In this document: one piece after another, positions 1-10,420 of the stretch | Numbering within the stretch: the first letter of the stretch is position 1 | Layout: each line of letters begins with the position of its first letter | From: an uncultured Thermoleophilia bacterium | GTDB taxonomy: Bacteria; Actinomycetota; Thermoleophilia; Miltoncostaeales; Miltoncostaeaceae | NCBI GenBank assembly: GCA_963802325.1 | Contig: CAWDII010000003.1 | Location: 36,496 to 100,495 of the forward strand | DNA length: 64,000 nt | Direction: 5' to 3' | The notes under the pieces: generated by a model | Databases searched by the model: none | What the model saw: only the letters and a program-made list of their open reading frames with translations | Told to the model about the DNA's origin: nothing | Made by a program: the position numbers and the translations under genes

Positions 1-269
1 GGATCGGCGCGCCCCGGGTCCGGGGGCGCGAAGCCCCGGAAGCGGGCGGTGGAGGGCGCCAGCTGAGCGGCGCCGAGGCTGCGCATGCGGTCCCCGTCGA
101 TGCTCAGCACCATGCGCGAGAGGTGGCGCGTGTCGTCGGCGATCACGCCGTCACCGTCGCCGCCGATGTCGCCCAGGGCGTCGGAGATCGCGAAGGTGAG
201 GCCGTCGATCAGCGTCACCGCCGAGCTGCCGCCGGCCAGGATCACCGGCTCCTCGCGCGGCTCAGACAC
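1..269 (-). CDS. Amylo-alpha-1,6-glucosidase / glycogen debranching enzyme family, N-terminal part (runs off the window edge)
   Basis: Manual translation from GTG at 269: MSEPREEPVILAGGSSAVTLIDGLTFAISDALGDI...DDTRHLSRMVLSIDG. The DTRHLS motif is typical. Start overlaps the GT4 stop. Confidence 0.7.
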   Translation of the reverse strand, partial: MSEPREEPVILAGGSSAVTLIDGLTFAISDALGDIGGDGDGVIADDTRHLSRMVLSIDGDRMRSLGAAQLAPSTARFRGFAPPDPGRAD

Positions 270-1371
270 CGGCGCCGGCGACCTCCGGCGCGGCGGCGTA
301 CCCCTGCAGCTCGGCCCGCATCAGCCGCTCGTAGCCGAGCGTCATGGCGTCGGCGGAGAACCGCTCCGCAACCCGGCGCCGGCACGCGTGCCGGTCGATC
401 TCGCCGATCCGGCCCACCGTCTCGACGAGCGCGTCCGGCGTGTCGCGGACGAAGCCGGTGACGCCGTCGGCCACCACCTCGGGCACCGATCCGTGGGAGG
501 TCGCGAGCACGGGCGTTCCGCAGGCCATCGCCTCGATCATCACCATCCCGAACGGCTCCGGCCAGGCGATCGGGAACAGCAGGGCGCGGGCCCCGCCCAG
601 GAGCTCGTACTTCTCCGGGGCCGTGAGCTCACCCAGCCAGACGACGTCCGGGCCGAGGGCCGGGGCGACGTGCTCGGCGAAGTAGGCGTGCTCGGCCTCC
701 TCGCGGCACTTGGCGCCGATCAGCAGCGGAAGGCCGGCCGCCCGGGCGATGCGGATCGCGTCGGCCGGGCCCTTCTCGGGGGACATGCGGCCGAGGAAGG
801 CCAGGTAGCCCTCCGGCCGCGCGCGGAAGGTGGCCGCCTCCAGGGCGAGGCCGTTGTGGCAGACGCCGGCGAACGGCAGCTCCGGGGCCATCGCCCGCTG
901 GGCCTCGCTGATCGCCACCAGCCGCAGCAGCGGGGAGTGGCGGCTGATCCCTGCGTAGATCTCCGCCGGGACGGCGTGCAGGGGACCGTGCGTCACGTGG
1001 AGCCCCGGCGCCCGGAGCCGCGAGGTGAGCAGCGCCCCGAGCGGCCCGGAGTGGTCGACCACGACGTCCACGTCGGCGAGCGCGTCCAGGCCGGCCAGCG
1101 CGTGCTGCCAGTCGGGGGCCGACTCGCCGATGACCGCGGGGATCGTCGCCAGCGGGCTCACGACCTCGACGCCCTCGATCGCCGACCCCGGCGCGGCCAC
1201 GAGCACCACCTCGTGCCCGCGTTCCACGAGCCCCTCGGCCAGCGTGTGCACGACCTGCTCGATGCCCCCGTAGGACGGGGGCGGGATCGGCACCCAGGGG
1301 GGAGCCAGCAGCCCGATGCGCAGCCGGCGCGCCGATCGGCGCCCCCGGACGAGGGTGAGGTCGGTGTGCAA
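262..1371 (-). CDS. Glycosyltransferase family 4
   Basis: PPxxYGGIE N-terminus, FLGRMSPEKG, EPFGMVMIEAMACGTPV. Confidence 0.9.
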   Translation of the reverse strand: MHTDLTLVRGRRSARRLRIGLLAPPWVPIPPPSYGGIEQVVHTLAEGLVERGHEVVLVAAPGSAIEGVEVVSPLATIPAVIGESAPDWQHALAGLDALADVDVVVDHSGPLGALLTSRLRAPGLHVTHGPLHAVPAEIYAGISRHSPLLRLVAISEAQRAMAPELPFAGVCHNGLALEAATFRARPEGYLAFLGRMSPEKGPADAIRIARAAGLPLLIGAKCREEAEHAYFAEHVAPALGPDVVWLGELTAPEKYELLGGARALLFPIAWPEPFGMVMIEAMACGTPVLATSHGSVPEVVADGVTGFVRDTPDALVETVGRIGEIDRHACRRRVAERFSADAMTLGYERLMRAELQGYAAAPEVAGAGV

Positions 1372-1590
1372 TGGAGCCTCCGCGATTCCTGCCTGTCGGC
1401 GACCGAGAAGCGGAGGGGGCCCGGCCGGAGCGGTCCCCTCAGGCCCCGTGCGGACCGCAGGCGGCCCGGAGGGGGACGAGCTCGAGCGTCACTGCGTCGA
1501 GGGTACTCCCCGGCCGGTGGATCCCCGCATTGCGCCGAGGAGCCCCCCGTAGGACACTCGCGCCCCACCATCTGATGAGGAGAGCGTGGG

Positions 1591-2859
1591 ATGCGGTGCG
1601 TCGTGCTCGCGGGCCTCGGTGCCCTTGCCCTGATCGCCCCGGCCTCGGCGGCGGCCGTCGTCAACGTGTCGCTGGCGGGCGGCACGCTCACCGTGACGGC
1701 GACCGCTGATGACGACCACATCACCTTCGGCTCGGCGGGCAGCAACGCGCTCGGGCCGACCACGCGGGTGAGCGGCTCCGGCGAGACGATGCAGGCCGGG
1801 CCCGGGTGCCAGGGGTTCGGCGACGCCAACGGGCCGGCCAACGACGACAGCGTCTTCTGTCCGACCAACGACATCGCCCGGCTGAGGGTCAACCTGCTCG
1901 AGGGCGACGACGAGGTCGACACCGGGCGCTTCGAGGCTGTGGTGAACGGCGGCCCCGGCGAGGACGACATCACGATCGGCGGCTCCGGCTCGGATGGCCT
2001 GAACACGGTCGATGCCGGTCCGGACGCCGACACCATCGACGTGGGCCGGGCGGGCCAGGCCGACTCCATCGCCGGCGGCCCCGGCTCGGACACGGTGACC
2101 TACGCCTCCCACGCGGCGGTGACGGTGACCCTGGACGGGGTGCCCGACGACGGCGCCGCCGGCGAGGGGGACGACGTGCGGCCCGACGTCGAGCACGTCA
2201 TCGGGACCTCCGCCGACGACACCCTGATCGGAAGCGGCGGCCCGGACACCCTCGACGGCGCGGGCGGCACCGACCGGCTGGAGGGGCTCGGCGGCGGCGA
2301 CACCCTGATCGGCGGCTCCGGGGCCAACGACGCCACCTTCGGCGGGGAGGGCGACGACAGCATCCTGCTCCGCGACGGCCTGCGGGACGCGTGCGCCGTC
2401 GGCGGCTCCGGCACGAACACCGTGGACGGCGACCTCAAGGACCTCCGCGACGACATCGGCCGCCTGCGGTGCATCTTCCCGGTGGGACGGCCGCTGCCGG
2501 CGCTCCGGGACATCATCCTGATCGGCCCCGTGAAGGAGGGGCCCAACGTGCGGATGCGCGCCCCGGCGCCGGCGCTGCGCACGGCCGGCGTCCGCGTGCG
2601 CCTCGCGTGCCCGGCGGTGCTGCGGGCGCCCTGCGCCGGGCCGCTGCGCGTCTTCACGGGACGCGGCACGCGCGTGCTCGGTGTGAGGACGTACTCGATC
2701 GACCCCGGCCGCGGGAAGGTCGTCGTCGTCCCGCTCGCGGCGCCCGAGCGCGCCATCGCCCTCGCCGCGGACCTCCTGCGCATCGTCTCGGTGGAGCGGG
2801 GCATCTCGCCGCTCGGGCCCAAGACCACGATCCTCTTCGCGCCACCCCGCGGTTCGTAA
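1591..2859 (+). CDS. Secreted calcium-binding protein with RTX/hemolysin-type repeats
   Basis: Signal peptide; many GGxGxDxL-type nonapeptides (GGPGEDDI, GGPGSDTV, GSGGPDTL, GLGGGDTL). Confidence 0.8.
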   Translation: MRCVVLAGLGALALIAPASAAAVVNVSLAGGTLTVTATADDDHITFGSAGSNALGPTTRVSGSGETMQAGPGCQGFGDANGPANDDSVFCPTNDIARLRVNLLEGDDEVDTGRFEAVVNGGPGEDDITIGGSGSDGLNTVDAGPDADTIDVGRAGQADSIAGGPGSDTVTYASHAAVTVTLDGVPDDGAAGEGDDVRPDVEHVIGTSADDTLIGSGGPDTLDGAGGTDRLEGLGGGDTLIGGSGANDATFGGEGDDSILLRDGLRDACAVGGSGTNTVDGDLKDLRDDIGRLRCIFPVGRPLPALRDIILIGPVKEGPNVRMRAPAPALRTAGVRVRLACPAVLRAPCAGPLRVFTGRGTRVLGVRTYSIDPGRGKVVVVPLAAPERAIALAADLLRIVSVERGISPLGPKTTILFAPPRGS

Positions 2860-3044
2860 GGAAGACCGCCGGCACGGACCGTCCAACGGCCGCGTGAGTT
2901 ACAAACCTGGTACTGGCGGTCGGCGCCGCACCGCACCTAATCTCGGTACAGGCAGACCGGTGGAGGCGGCGTCCTCCCCGGCCGGAGCAGCCGCGATCAC
3001 GCGGCCCCGTTCCCCGATGTGCGGCCTTTTCCGAAGGAGGACCC

Positions 3045-3167
3045 GTGGTGTCGCTGAAGCGGCAATGGCATGAGCTGGGCCGGGACCTGCAGATCCTGTT
3101 CCTGGTGTTCAGCGGCAGCATCGTGGCGGCGACCGCCACCTACTACGTGCGCGCGCTGCTGCTCTAG
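3045..3167 (+). CDS. Small single-pass membrane protein (40 aa), not in the ORF track
   Basis: AAGGAGG RBS just upstream of GTG; MVSLKRQWHELGRDLQILFLVFSGSIVAATATYYVRALLL*; GC3-rich codons. Confidence 0.65.
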   Translation: MVSLKRQWHELGRDLQILFLVFSGSIVAATATYYVRALLL

Positions 3168-3222
3168 CGCGCCGGGCTCGATCCCCGCCCTGTCGCGATG
3201 CGCCCGGCGGCCCCGGAACGAC

Positions 3223-3248
3223 GAGAGCCCCGCCGGGGCGGGGCTCTC
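3223..3248. terminator. Perfect hairpin between the small ORF and the tRNA 3' end (probable terminator)
   Basis: GAGAGCCCCGCC-GG-GGCGGGGCTCTC inverted repeat. Confidence 0.65.
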
Positions 3249-3253
3249 GGAAG

Positions 3254-3326
3254 TGGGCCGTGAAGGATTCGAACCTTCGACCTTGGGATTAAGAGTCCCC
3301 TGCTCTACCAACTAAGCTAACGGCCC
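3254..3326 (-). tRNA. tRNA-Lys (CTT)
   Basis: Minus strand GGGCCGTTAGCTTAGTTGGTAGAGCAGGGGACTCTTAATCCCAAGGTCGAAGGTTCGAATCCTTCACGGCCCA; cloverleaf, anticodon CTT, CCA not encoded. Confidence 0.97.
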
Positions 3327-3393
3327 GCGGCGGCCAGAGTAGCAAAGGCTCCCGGCCCGGCGACAGCCCCTCGTGGGGCGGCCCGGCGGTCGG

Positions 3394-3924
3394 TCAGAGG
3401 CCCTCGAGGCGGGTGCGGATGGCATCGGCGTTCGGGTCGTCGGGCGCGAGCCGCAGGAACGCCTGGTACGAGAGGCGGGCCAGCGACGTCTTGTCGGCGT
3501 CCTCGGCGAGCTGCCCGAGCTGCAGGAACGCCTCGGCGTCGTTCGGCTTGCGCGCCGTGTAGGCCTGCACCGCGGCGATCGCGCCGGCGGTGTCGCCCTG
3601 GCGCACCTGCAGGGAGACCAGCGTCTGGAGGCGGCGGAAGTTGTTCGGCTGGAGCGCCACCGAGCGCTCGGCGGCATCGATCGCCTGGTCGAACTGCTCG
3701 GTGCCGGCGTAGGCGGAGGCGAGCTGCTCCCAGGCGTCCGCGCTCTTGGGCTGCTTCTCCACCAGCGCCTTGGCGTCGTCGAGCAGGACGTCGGCCTCGG
3801 TCTGACCGCCGCCCCCGAAGAAGATCAGTCCGAGCACGACGAGGATCACCCCTCCGAATGCGAGAGAGGTGAGCACCGCCGTGATCTGCACCATCCGCCG
3901 GGTGCGCTTCTGGTCGAGGAGCAC
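3394..3924 (-). CDS. Membrane-anchored TPR protein
   Basis: N-terminal TM helix; TPR-like repeats (AWEQLASAY...ALQPNN; AFLQLGQL...LRLAPDD). Confidence 0.8.
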   Translation of the reverse strand: MLLDQKRTRRMVQITAVLTSLAFGGVILVVLGLIFFGGGGQTEADVLLDDAKALVEKQPKSADAWEQLASAYAGTEQFDQAIDAAERSVALQPNNFRRLQTLVSLQVRQGDTAGAIAAVQAYTARKPNDAEAFLQLGQLAEDADKTSLARLSYQAFLRLAPDDPNADAIRTRLEGL

Positions 3925-3936
3925 TGGCGCGGGACG

Positions 3937-5280
3937 CTAGCAGAGGCGTGCGCGGGCCTCGGCGGCGCGGGTGCGCACCTCGGCGGCGTCGAGGCGGGTG
4001 GGAACGCCTTCGCGCAGGAGGATCTCGCCCTCCACGACCACCGTGCGCACCGTGGTGTCCGCGCGGAGAGCCGCCGCCCGTGGGTCGGCGCCGGCATCGC
4101 GCGGGCGGAGCGACACGAGATCGGCCCGCTTACCGGCCTCCAGGCTGCCGACCTCCCCGGCCAGCCCGATCGCCCGCGCCGCATCGATCGTCATCAGGCG
4201 CAGCAGAGCGTCGTCGTCGAGCGCGACGTGGCCGTCGTGCGCGAGCCGGCAGGCGCGGGCCTCACCGCGCAGGTCGTAGTCGCCGCCGCTCGCGGGGCTG
4301 TCGGTGCCCAGGCCCACGGCGACGCCGGCCTCGCGCAGCGCCTCGATCGGCGACCTGCCGCAGAGCAGGTGCAGGTTCGAGCGCGGGCAGTGGGCCACCC
4401 CGATCCCGGCGCGGGCGAGGGTGGACGGGTCGTCGTCGCGCAGACGCACGCAGTGGGCCGCCACCAGGCCCGGGGTGACCACGCCGGCGCCCGCCACCCG
4501 TCCCACCGGCCCGGCGCCGGCCGGGCCGTCCCATCTGCCCGGCTCGAGGCCGGCGGCGGCGAAGAGCTCGCCCAGGGGGCCGTCGCCGGTCGCGATCACG
4601 CGCTCCTCGTCGGCGGACTCGGCGAGGTGCGTCGCCCAGGGGCGGCCCGCGAGGCCCGGGTGGGCGCGCAGGGCCGCCCAGAGCGCGGGGCCCACCGTGT
4701 AGGGCGCGTGGGGCGACACCCCCGCACGGCCGCGCGGACCCACGGCGGCATCGAGGGCGGCCACCCCGTCGGCCACCCGGCCGGCCGCCGCCTCCGCCTC
4801 CTCGCCGACCTCGCGCCCGAAGGCCTCGAGGTGTACGAGGCCGCGCAGGCCCGACTCGGCGAGCGCCGCCGCGCCGGCGCCGGTGGGGCCCGAGTCGGCG
4901 AGGGTGGTGGTGCCGGCCTCGAGCGCCCGCAGGGCGCCGAGCCGGGCGGCCGTGCCGTAGTCGTCGGGCCGCATCCGCATCCGCAGCGGGATCAGGCGGC
5001 CGAGCCACTCGGCGAAGCCGGCCGGGGGCAGGAGACCCTCGAGCAGGCTCCACTCGAGATGGCAGTGCGCGTCGACGAATCCGGCGAGGACGATCTCGTC
5101 GCGACGGTCCTCGACGGGCAGGTCCGGGTGGTCGCGGAGCACTGATTCGGCCGGGCCCACCTGCGCCACGCGGCCGTCGCGGACGGCGATCGCCCCGTCT
5201 CGGAGCGGGTCGCCGGCGATGGTCAGGATCCAGGCGGAGCGCCAGATGCGCCCCCGCGCCGGATCAACCGACCTTCTCAT
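3937..5280 (-). CDS. Amidohydrolase, MTA/SAH/aminofutalosine deaminase-like
   Basis: [10 protein letters not shown] (HxH), [24 protein letters not shown]. Confidence 0.85.
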   Translation of the reverse strand: MRRSVDPARGRIWRSAWILTIAGDPLRDGAIAVRDGRVAQVGPAESVLRDHPDLPVEDRRDEIVLAGFVDAHCHLEWSLLEGLLPPAGFAEWLGRLIPLRMRMRPDDYGTAARLGALRALEAGTTTLADSGPTGAGAAALAESGLRGLVHLEAFGREVGEEAEAAAGRVADGVAALDAAVGPRGRAGVSPHAPYTVGPALWAALRAHPGLAGRPWATHLAESADEERVIATGDGPLGELFAAAGLEPGRWDGPAGAGPVGRVAGAGVVTPGLVAAHCVRLRDDDPSTLARAGIGVAHCPRSNLHLLCGRSPIEALREAGVAVGLGTDSPASGGDYDLRGEARACRLAHDGHVALDDDALLRLMTIDAARAIGLAGEVGSLEAGKRADLVSLRPRDAGADPRAAALRADTTVRTVVVEGEILLREGVPTRLDAAEVRTRAAEARARLC

Positions 5281-5464
5281 CCTCCCGCTTGGCAGGACCG
5301 GTGATCGACTCGCCGTCGGCGTCGTCGTGATGCCCGGTGATGCCGTCCTTGAACTCGCGCGCGCCGGCTCCGAGGTTGCGTCCCAGCTCGGGCAGCCGCT
5401 TCGCGCCGAAGACGACCAGGACGATCACGAGGACGATGATCAGCTGGATGGGCGAGAAGTCCAC
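5264..5464 (-). CDS. tatA: Twin-arginine translocase TatA
   Basis: [39 protein letters not shown]; GTG start after AAGGAAGG. Confidence 0.92.
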   Translation of the reverse strand: MDFSPIQLIIVLVIVLVVFGAKRLPELGRNLGAGAREFKDGITGHHDDADGESITGPAKREDEKVG

Positions 5465-5522
5465 GTCGCCTTCCTTCTCGGTCGGGGCGGGGGGCGTGCC
5501 GGTCCGAGGGTAGCATGGCCCG

Positions 5523-5936
5523 ATGGCGGCCCTTCTCTCGCGCCGGGTGGGTGTCACCGCCCGGCTGGACCTCATCGCGGTCGTGTGGGGCGGACTCGCC
5601 GCCTCCGTCGGCCTGATGGCCGGAGCGGGCCGCGAATGGCCGGCGCGCCTGGGTATCGCGGCGGTCTCGTTCGGCGTCGGGGGGTTCCTGGCGGGCGTGC
5701 GCGCCGCCGGACGGCGTGTCGCCCACGCGATCGCGGCCTGGGCCGCCGCCTACGCGATCCACGCCTGCTTCATCGTCCTGGCGACGGTGATCGACGCGGT
5801 GGGCGGCCCCGACGCCCCGCCGCTCGTGGCCGGATCGGGTGCCCAGTGGCTCTACGCGCTCGGGTGGGCCTTCCTGCTGGCGCTCGCGGGCGGCCTGGTC
5901 GCCAACTCATGGCTGCGCCCCGCGAGCCGCCGCTGA
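5523..5936 (+). CDS. Hypothetical 4-TM membrane protein
   Basis: Four hydrophobic segments; TAGCAT 6 nt before ATG. Confidence 0.7.
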   Translation: MAALLSRRVGVTARLDLIAVVWGGLAASVGLMAGAGREWPARLGIAAVSFGVGGFLAGVRAAGRRVAHAIAAWAAAYAIHACFIVLATVIDAVGGPDAPPLVAGSGAQWLYALGWAFLLALAGGLVANSWLRPASRR

Positions 5937-5939
5937 GCC

Positions 5940-6503
5940 TCAGCCGTCGGTGCGGCGCTCGAACTCGCGGTGGAAGGCGCTCGCCGTGGGCCCGCTCTGG
6001 CCCTGGTACTTACCCCGGTAGGGGTTGTCGACCGGCGTGCTCATCTGGAGGAACGAGATCTGCCCGATGGCCATGCCCGGGTAGATCGAGATGGGCAGCC
6101 GCGCGACGTTGGAGAGCTCGAGCGTGATGGTGCCGTCGAACCCGGGGTCGATGTAGCCGGCGGTCGAGTGGATCAGCAGTCCCAGGCGCCCGAGGCTCGA
6201 CTTGCCCTCCAGGCGGGCCACCAGGTCGTCGGGCAGCGCGACCCGCTCCGACGTCGATCCCAGCACGAACTCGCCCGGGTGCAGGATGAACGCCTCGCCC
6301 TCGGGGATCGCGACGATCTCCGTGAGGTCGTCGTTCGGCTCGCGGACGTCGATGTAGGCGCGGCGGTTGTTGTGGAAGACGCGGAACTCGGCGGCGACGC
6401 GCAGGTCGACCGACGACGGCTGCAGCAGCGACTCGTCGAACGGGTCGATGATCAGGCGGCCTGCCGCCAGCTCTTCCCGGATGGTTCGATCGGAGAGGAC
6501 CAT
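5940..6503 (-). CDS. dcd: dCTP deaminase
   Basis: [41 protein letters not shown]. Confidence 0.95.
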   Translation of the reverse strand: MVLSDRTIREELAAGRLIIDPFDESLLQPSSVDLRVAAEFRVFHNNRRAYIDVREPNDDLTEIVAIPEGEAFILHPGEFVLGSTSERVALPDDLVARLEGKSSLGRLGLLIHSTAGYIDPGFDGTITLELSNVARLPISIYPGMAIGQISFLQMSTPVDNPYRGKYQGQSGPTASAFHREFERRTDG

Positions 6504-6539
6504 TCGGTCGGCAGCGTACCGGTCCGCTACCGTGACGGC

Positions 6540-7589
6540 ATGATCGGCGAGCGCGGATTCCGGGTGGACGAGATCCCCGGTGGACCCACCCGCGCCGAGG
6601 TCACCGCCGCGCGGGCCGAGGGCTTCGTGCCCGACGTGGTCCTGGGCGGCAGCCTGGTGGGCGAGGGCGATGCCGGCGCGCTCGATCTGGTCGACGTCGA
6701 GCCGGGGCAGCTGGCGCAGCTCTGCGACCGCCGCCGCCTGCCGCGGTGGGTGATCGCCAAGAACCCCCTCTCGGGTGGGTTCGTCAGCACCAAGGCCCTG
6801 ATGCGCACCTCGGAGCTGGTGACCGTGTGCGAGGAGGCCGCCTGCCCGAACATCGGCCAGTGCTGGGCGCGCGGGACGGCCACCTTCATGATCGCCGGCG
6901 ACACCTGCACCCGCGGATGCCGCTTCTGCAACATCGCGACGGGCCGCCCGGCCCGGCCGCCCGACCCGCAGGAGCCGGCGCGGATCGCCGAGGCCGCCGC
7001 CGCCATGGGCCTGCGGTTCGTCGTGGTGACCGCCGTGGCCCGCGACGACCTGCCCGACGGCGGGGCGGCCCACTTCGCGGCCTGCATCGCCGCGCTGCGC
7101 GAGCGGCTGCCCGAGTGCAAGGTCGAGGTGCTCATCCCGGACCTGCGCGGCAGCTGGGAGGCGCTCGAGGCGATCATCGAGGCCGCCCCCGACGTGCTGA
7201 ACCACAACACCGAGACGGTGCCGCGGCTCTACTCGCGCGTGCGCCCGGGCGCACGCTATGAGCGCACGCTCGAACTCCTCTCGCGCAGCGCCTCCGCCGG
7301 TCTCACCACCAAGAGCGGGATCATGGTCGGCCTCGGCGAGGGGCTGGGCGAGATCGCGTCGGTCCTGTCCGACCTGGCCTCGGTCGGTTGCGGTCCGGTG
7401 ACCGTCGGCCAGTACCTGCGCCCCTCGCCGGACCACCTGCCCGTGGAGCGCTACTACGCGCCGGCGGAATACCCCGCGATCGCCGCCATGGGGCGGGATC
7501 TCGGCCTCGCGCACGTCGAGTCCGGGCCGCTCGTGCGCTCGTCGTACGAGGCGGATCGCGTCGCGGAGTCGGCTCTCTCGCACGTCTGA
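6540..7589 (+). CDS. lipA: Lipoyl synthase
   Basis: [41 protein letters not shown]. Confidence 0.95.
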   Translation: MIGERGFRVDEIPGGPTRAEVTAARAEGFVPDVVLGGSLVGEGDAGALDLVDVEPGQLAQLCDRRRLPRWVIAKNPLSGGFVSTKALMRTSELVTVCEEAACPNIGQCWARGTATFMIAGDTCTRGCRFCNIATGRPARPPDPQEPARIAEAAAAMGLRFVVVTAVARDDLPDGGAAHFAACIAALRERLPECKVEVLIPDLRGSWEALEAIIEAAPDVLNHNTETVPRLYSRVRPGARYERTLELLSRSASAGLTTKSGIMVGLGEGLGEIASVLSDLASVGCGPVTVGQYLRPSPDHLPVERYYAPAEYPAIAAMGRDLGLAHVESGPLVRSSYEADRVAESALSHV

Positions 7590-7722
7590 GGGGAGGCCCC
7601 GCGGAAGGTCTGCGGGCATCTCAAGTTCACCTCGGGCGGGCCGATACCTCGGGCACACCTGGTAAACCAGCGACGACGGCCAAGGACGGCGGTCGATTGC
7701 GCCGCGAGAGACGGACACAGCC

Positions 7723-8175
7723 ATGAAGGGCTACCGAACCAAGAAGATCGCCCTCCCCGGGGGGAAGGTCATCGAGATCGTCTACTTCTCCGAGCCGAGC
7801 GACGACGCCGTCGCGCCCGGCCTCGAGGTGGACGTCGAGGAGACCGGACCCGGCCCTGACGGGCTCTCTCCCGAGGACATCGAGCTCGACCTGCACATCT
7901 GCCCCTCCTGCGAGAGCGATCTCGTCTACCCGGTCAGCTGGGAGGAGCGCGCGGGCGATTCCTGGCGCATCGAGCGCCGCTGCCCGAACTGCGAATGGCG
8001 GCACGCCGGCGAGTTCACGCAGGACGAGGTCGAGATCTTCGACGACGCGCTCAACGACGGCACCGAGGACCTCCTGGTCAACCTGCGCAACTTCGCGCGC
8101 GCCAACATGGAGGCCGACGTCGAGCGGTTGATCGAGGCGATCCACATGGACCGAATCGAGCCGATGGACTTCTAG
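7723..8175 (+). CDS. Hypothetical acidic zinc-ribbon protein
   Basis: CPSC...CPNC pair; very acidic; clean codon usage. Confidence 0.75.
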   Translation: MKGYRTKKIALPGGKVIEIVYFSEPSDDAVAPGLEVDVEETGPGPDGLSPEDIELDLHICPSCESDLVYPVSWEERAGDSWRIERRCPNCEWRHAGEFTQDEVEIFDDALNDGTEDLLVNLRNFARANMEADVERLIEAIHMDRIEPMDF

Positions 8176-8204
8176 GACGTTTGGCGGGTGACCGCCGGGC
8201 GACC

Positions 8205-9257
8205 GTGAGCGACTCCACATCACACATCCGCGGGCGCGCCGTCCTCGTCCGCGACCATGTGGCCGCATCCCGTGCGCTGGCGCTCTTCGCCGGGGCCGGC
8301 GGCCTGTGGGTCCTCGGCGCCACCGCCACGGTGCCCGGCTTCGCCGGACAGGGCGCCACGGTGGCCGTGTCCTTCGCGCTGGGCTTCGCGCTGGTCGTGG
8401 TCGCGGCCGCGGCCTGGCTCGGCGCCGAGCGGATCCCGGCGGCGGCCCTGTTGTGGGTCGCGCCCGTCTCGGTTCTGGTGATCGGGTTCCTCAACTTCAT
8501 CACCGACGACTCCAGCACGGGTTCGCAACTCTTCCTGCTGTGGCCGGTCCTCTTCGCGGCGAGCTTCCAGAGCCGCCGCATCGCCGTGATCGTGCTCCTG
8601 CAGATCCTGGCCGTCGAGGGCTTCGTGCTGGGCAGCCTCCAGCACCCCTCCCAGGCGGTGGCCGACACCCTCGCGCTCGTCCTGGCCTACACGATGGCGG
8701 CCTTCGCGGTCCTCACCTTCCGGCGGCGGGTGGACCGGCTGCTCGACGCCCTGAACGCGCAGGCGCGCGAGGACTCCCTCACGGGGCTGCCGAACCGCAG
8801 GGCCTTCGACGAGCATCTCTCGCGCCTGACGCGCCTCGCCGAGCGCTCGCGTGAGCCGCTGTCGCTGCTGGCCGTCGACGTCGACCGCTTCAAGGAGGTC
8901 AACGACACCCGGGGGCACGTCGTGGGCGACCAGGTCCTGTGCGCGGTCGCCGAGGCGCTGCGCGCCAGCGGGCGCGACGTCGATGTGGTCGCGCGGGTCG
9001 GTGGCGACGAGTTCGCGGTGCTCCTTCCGGGGTGCGAGCTCGAGGACGCTGTCTCGGTGGGCGCGGTCGTGGCCGAACAGGCCATGGTCCACACCGCCCG
9101 CCTCGGCGAGCCCGTCTCGGTGAGCGTCGGCGCCGCCACCCTCTCCGGCGGCGCGATGACGCCGGATGCGCTTCTCACCGCCGCCGACCGCGCGCTGTAC
9201 GCGTCCAAGGACGAGGGGCGCCGCCGCTCCGGATCGCCCCTGCTCAGGCCGGGCTGA
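8205..9257 (+). CDS. Membrane-bound diguanylate cyclase (GGDEF)
   Basis: About 6 TM helices, then DSLTGLPNRR, DVDRFKEVND, RVGGDEF. Confidence 0.92.
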   Translation: MSDSTSHIRGRAVLVRDHVAASRALALFAGAGGLWVLGATATVPGFAGQGATVAVSFALGFALVVVAAAAWLGAERIPAAALLWVAPVSVLVIGFLNFITDDSSTGSQLFLLWPVLFAASFQSRRIAVIVLLQILAVEGFVLGSLQHPSQAVADTLALVLAYTMAAFAVLTFRRRVDRLLDALNAQAREDSLTGLPNRRAFDEHLSRLTRLAERSREPLSLLAVDVDRFKEVNDTRGHVVGDQVLCAVAEALRASGRDVDVVARVGGDEFAVLLPGCELEDAVSVGAVVAEQAMVHTARLGEPVSVSVGAATLSGGAMTPDALLTAADRALYASKDEGRRRSGSPLLRPG

Positions 9258-10391
9258 CCCCGGAGCGCAGTGCGAGCGTGCGCGCGTGGAGGCGCGCACC
9301 GAGGGCGCGTCGCCCCTCCCGCCAGGCCCTCTCGCGCTCGGCCGCCGGCATCCTGCCGACCGCTCTGCGAAGGCGCTCTTCCTCGAGGGTCCTCATCTGG
9401 GTGATCGCGGGCCCCGCGGCCGAGCCCGCCAACCAGGCCTCCCACTCGGCGGCGGCGACCAGCGCCTGCCGGTCGGCGTCGGATACGCCGAGGCGTTCGC
9501 GCTCCGCGGCGCCGGCCGTGACGGCGTCGACGTCCAGGAGCACCAGTCCGGGGAGCGCCGCGGCCGCGGGGTCGACGTCGCGGGGCACCCCGAGGTCCAG
9601 CACCAGCGCGCCCGTCCCCCGCCGCTCCGCCATCGACTCCCGCAGGACGCCGACGCCGACCACCGGCGTGGTGGCCGAGGTCGCGGTCACCACCAGGTCG
9701 GCCGCCGCCAGGAGTGCGGTGAGGGTGGGTGGTCTCCCGTCTCGCGGCGCCCCGCCCCCGTCACCCGGACGCCGGCCCGGGCCAGCCGGTCGGCGGCCTC
9801 GCGGCCGGTCGCCCCGTTGCCGACGACCAGCGCGTGCCGGCCGGCCAGGCTTCCCAGCCGCGTGCGTGCCACCTCCACCGCACAGGCCGCCGCGGACGAG
9901 GGCCGCGCCGGGCCGCTGCGCTCACGGCGCACCCGGCGTCCCACGACCAGCGAGGCGTCGACGAGACGGTTCAGCACGATGCCGGTCGCCCCCTGCTCGC
10001 GCGCCATCCGAACCGCGTCGCGCAGTTGACCGCGGATCCCGTCGTCGCCCGGGACGCGCGATTCGAGCCCCGCAGCCACCCGGAAGAGGTGGTGCGCCGC
10101 GGCGGAGCCGGCGCGGACGGTGGCATGGGGTCCGGCGCCGAGGGTCTCGCGCAGCCGCACCTCGAGGGCTCGTGGGTCGTCACCGGCGGCGTAGAGCTCG
10201 ACGCGGTTGCAGGTGCTGAGCGCGAAGGCCTCGCGCGCGACCCCGTCGTGGAGCATGGCGACCAGGGCACGCCGGGCGCCCTCATCGTCGAGGGCGCGTT
10301 CCTGGCGGGCGTCGAGCGGGGCGGTGCGGTGGCACACGCCGGCCATCACGAGCGCGCAGCTCGGACGGCTCGGGGAGGGGCGGGGACCCAT
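9244..10391 (-). pseudogene. hemA: Glutamyl-tRNA reductase-like, split by a frameshift near 9725-9730
   Basis: STCNRVELY, HLFRVAAGLES and GNGATG in 9687-10391; ADLVVTATS and DLGVPRDVDP in the next frame (9244-9720). Confidence 0.8.
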
Positions 10392-10420
10392 CGACGCGGC
10401 CCCCGCCCTCGTTCCCCGGC

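Noticed and set aside
3254-3326. tRNA-Lys as an integration site
   Set aside because: No integrase and no duplicated tRNA 3' end found in the window.
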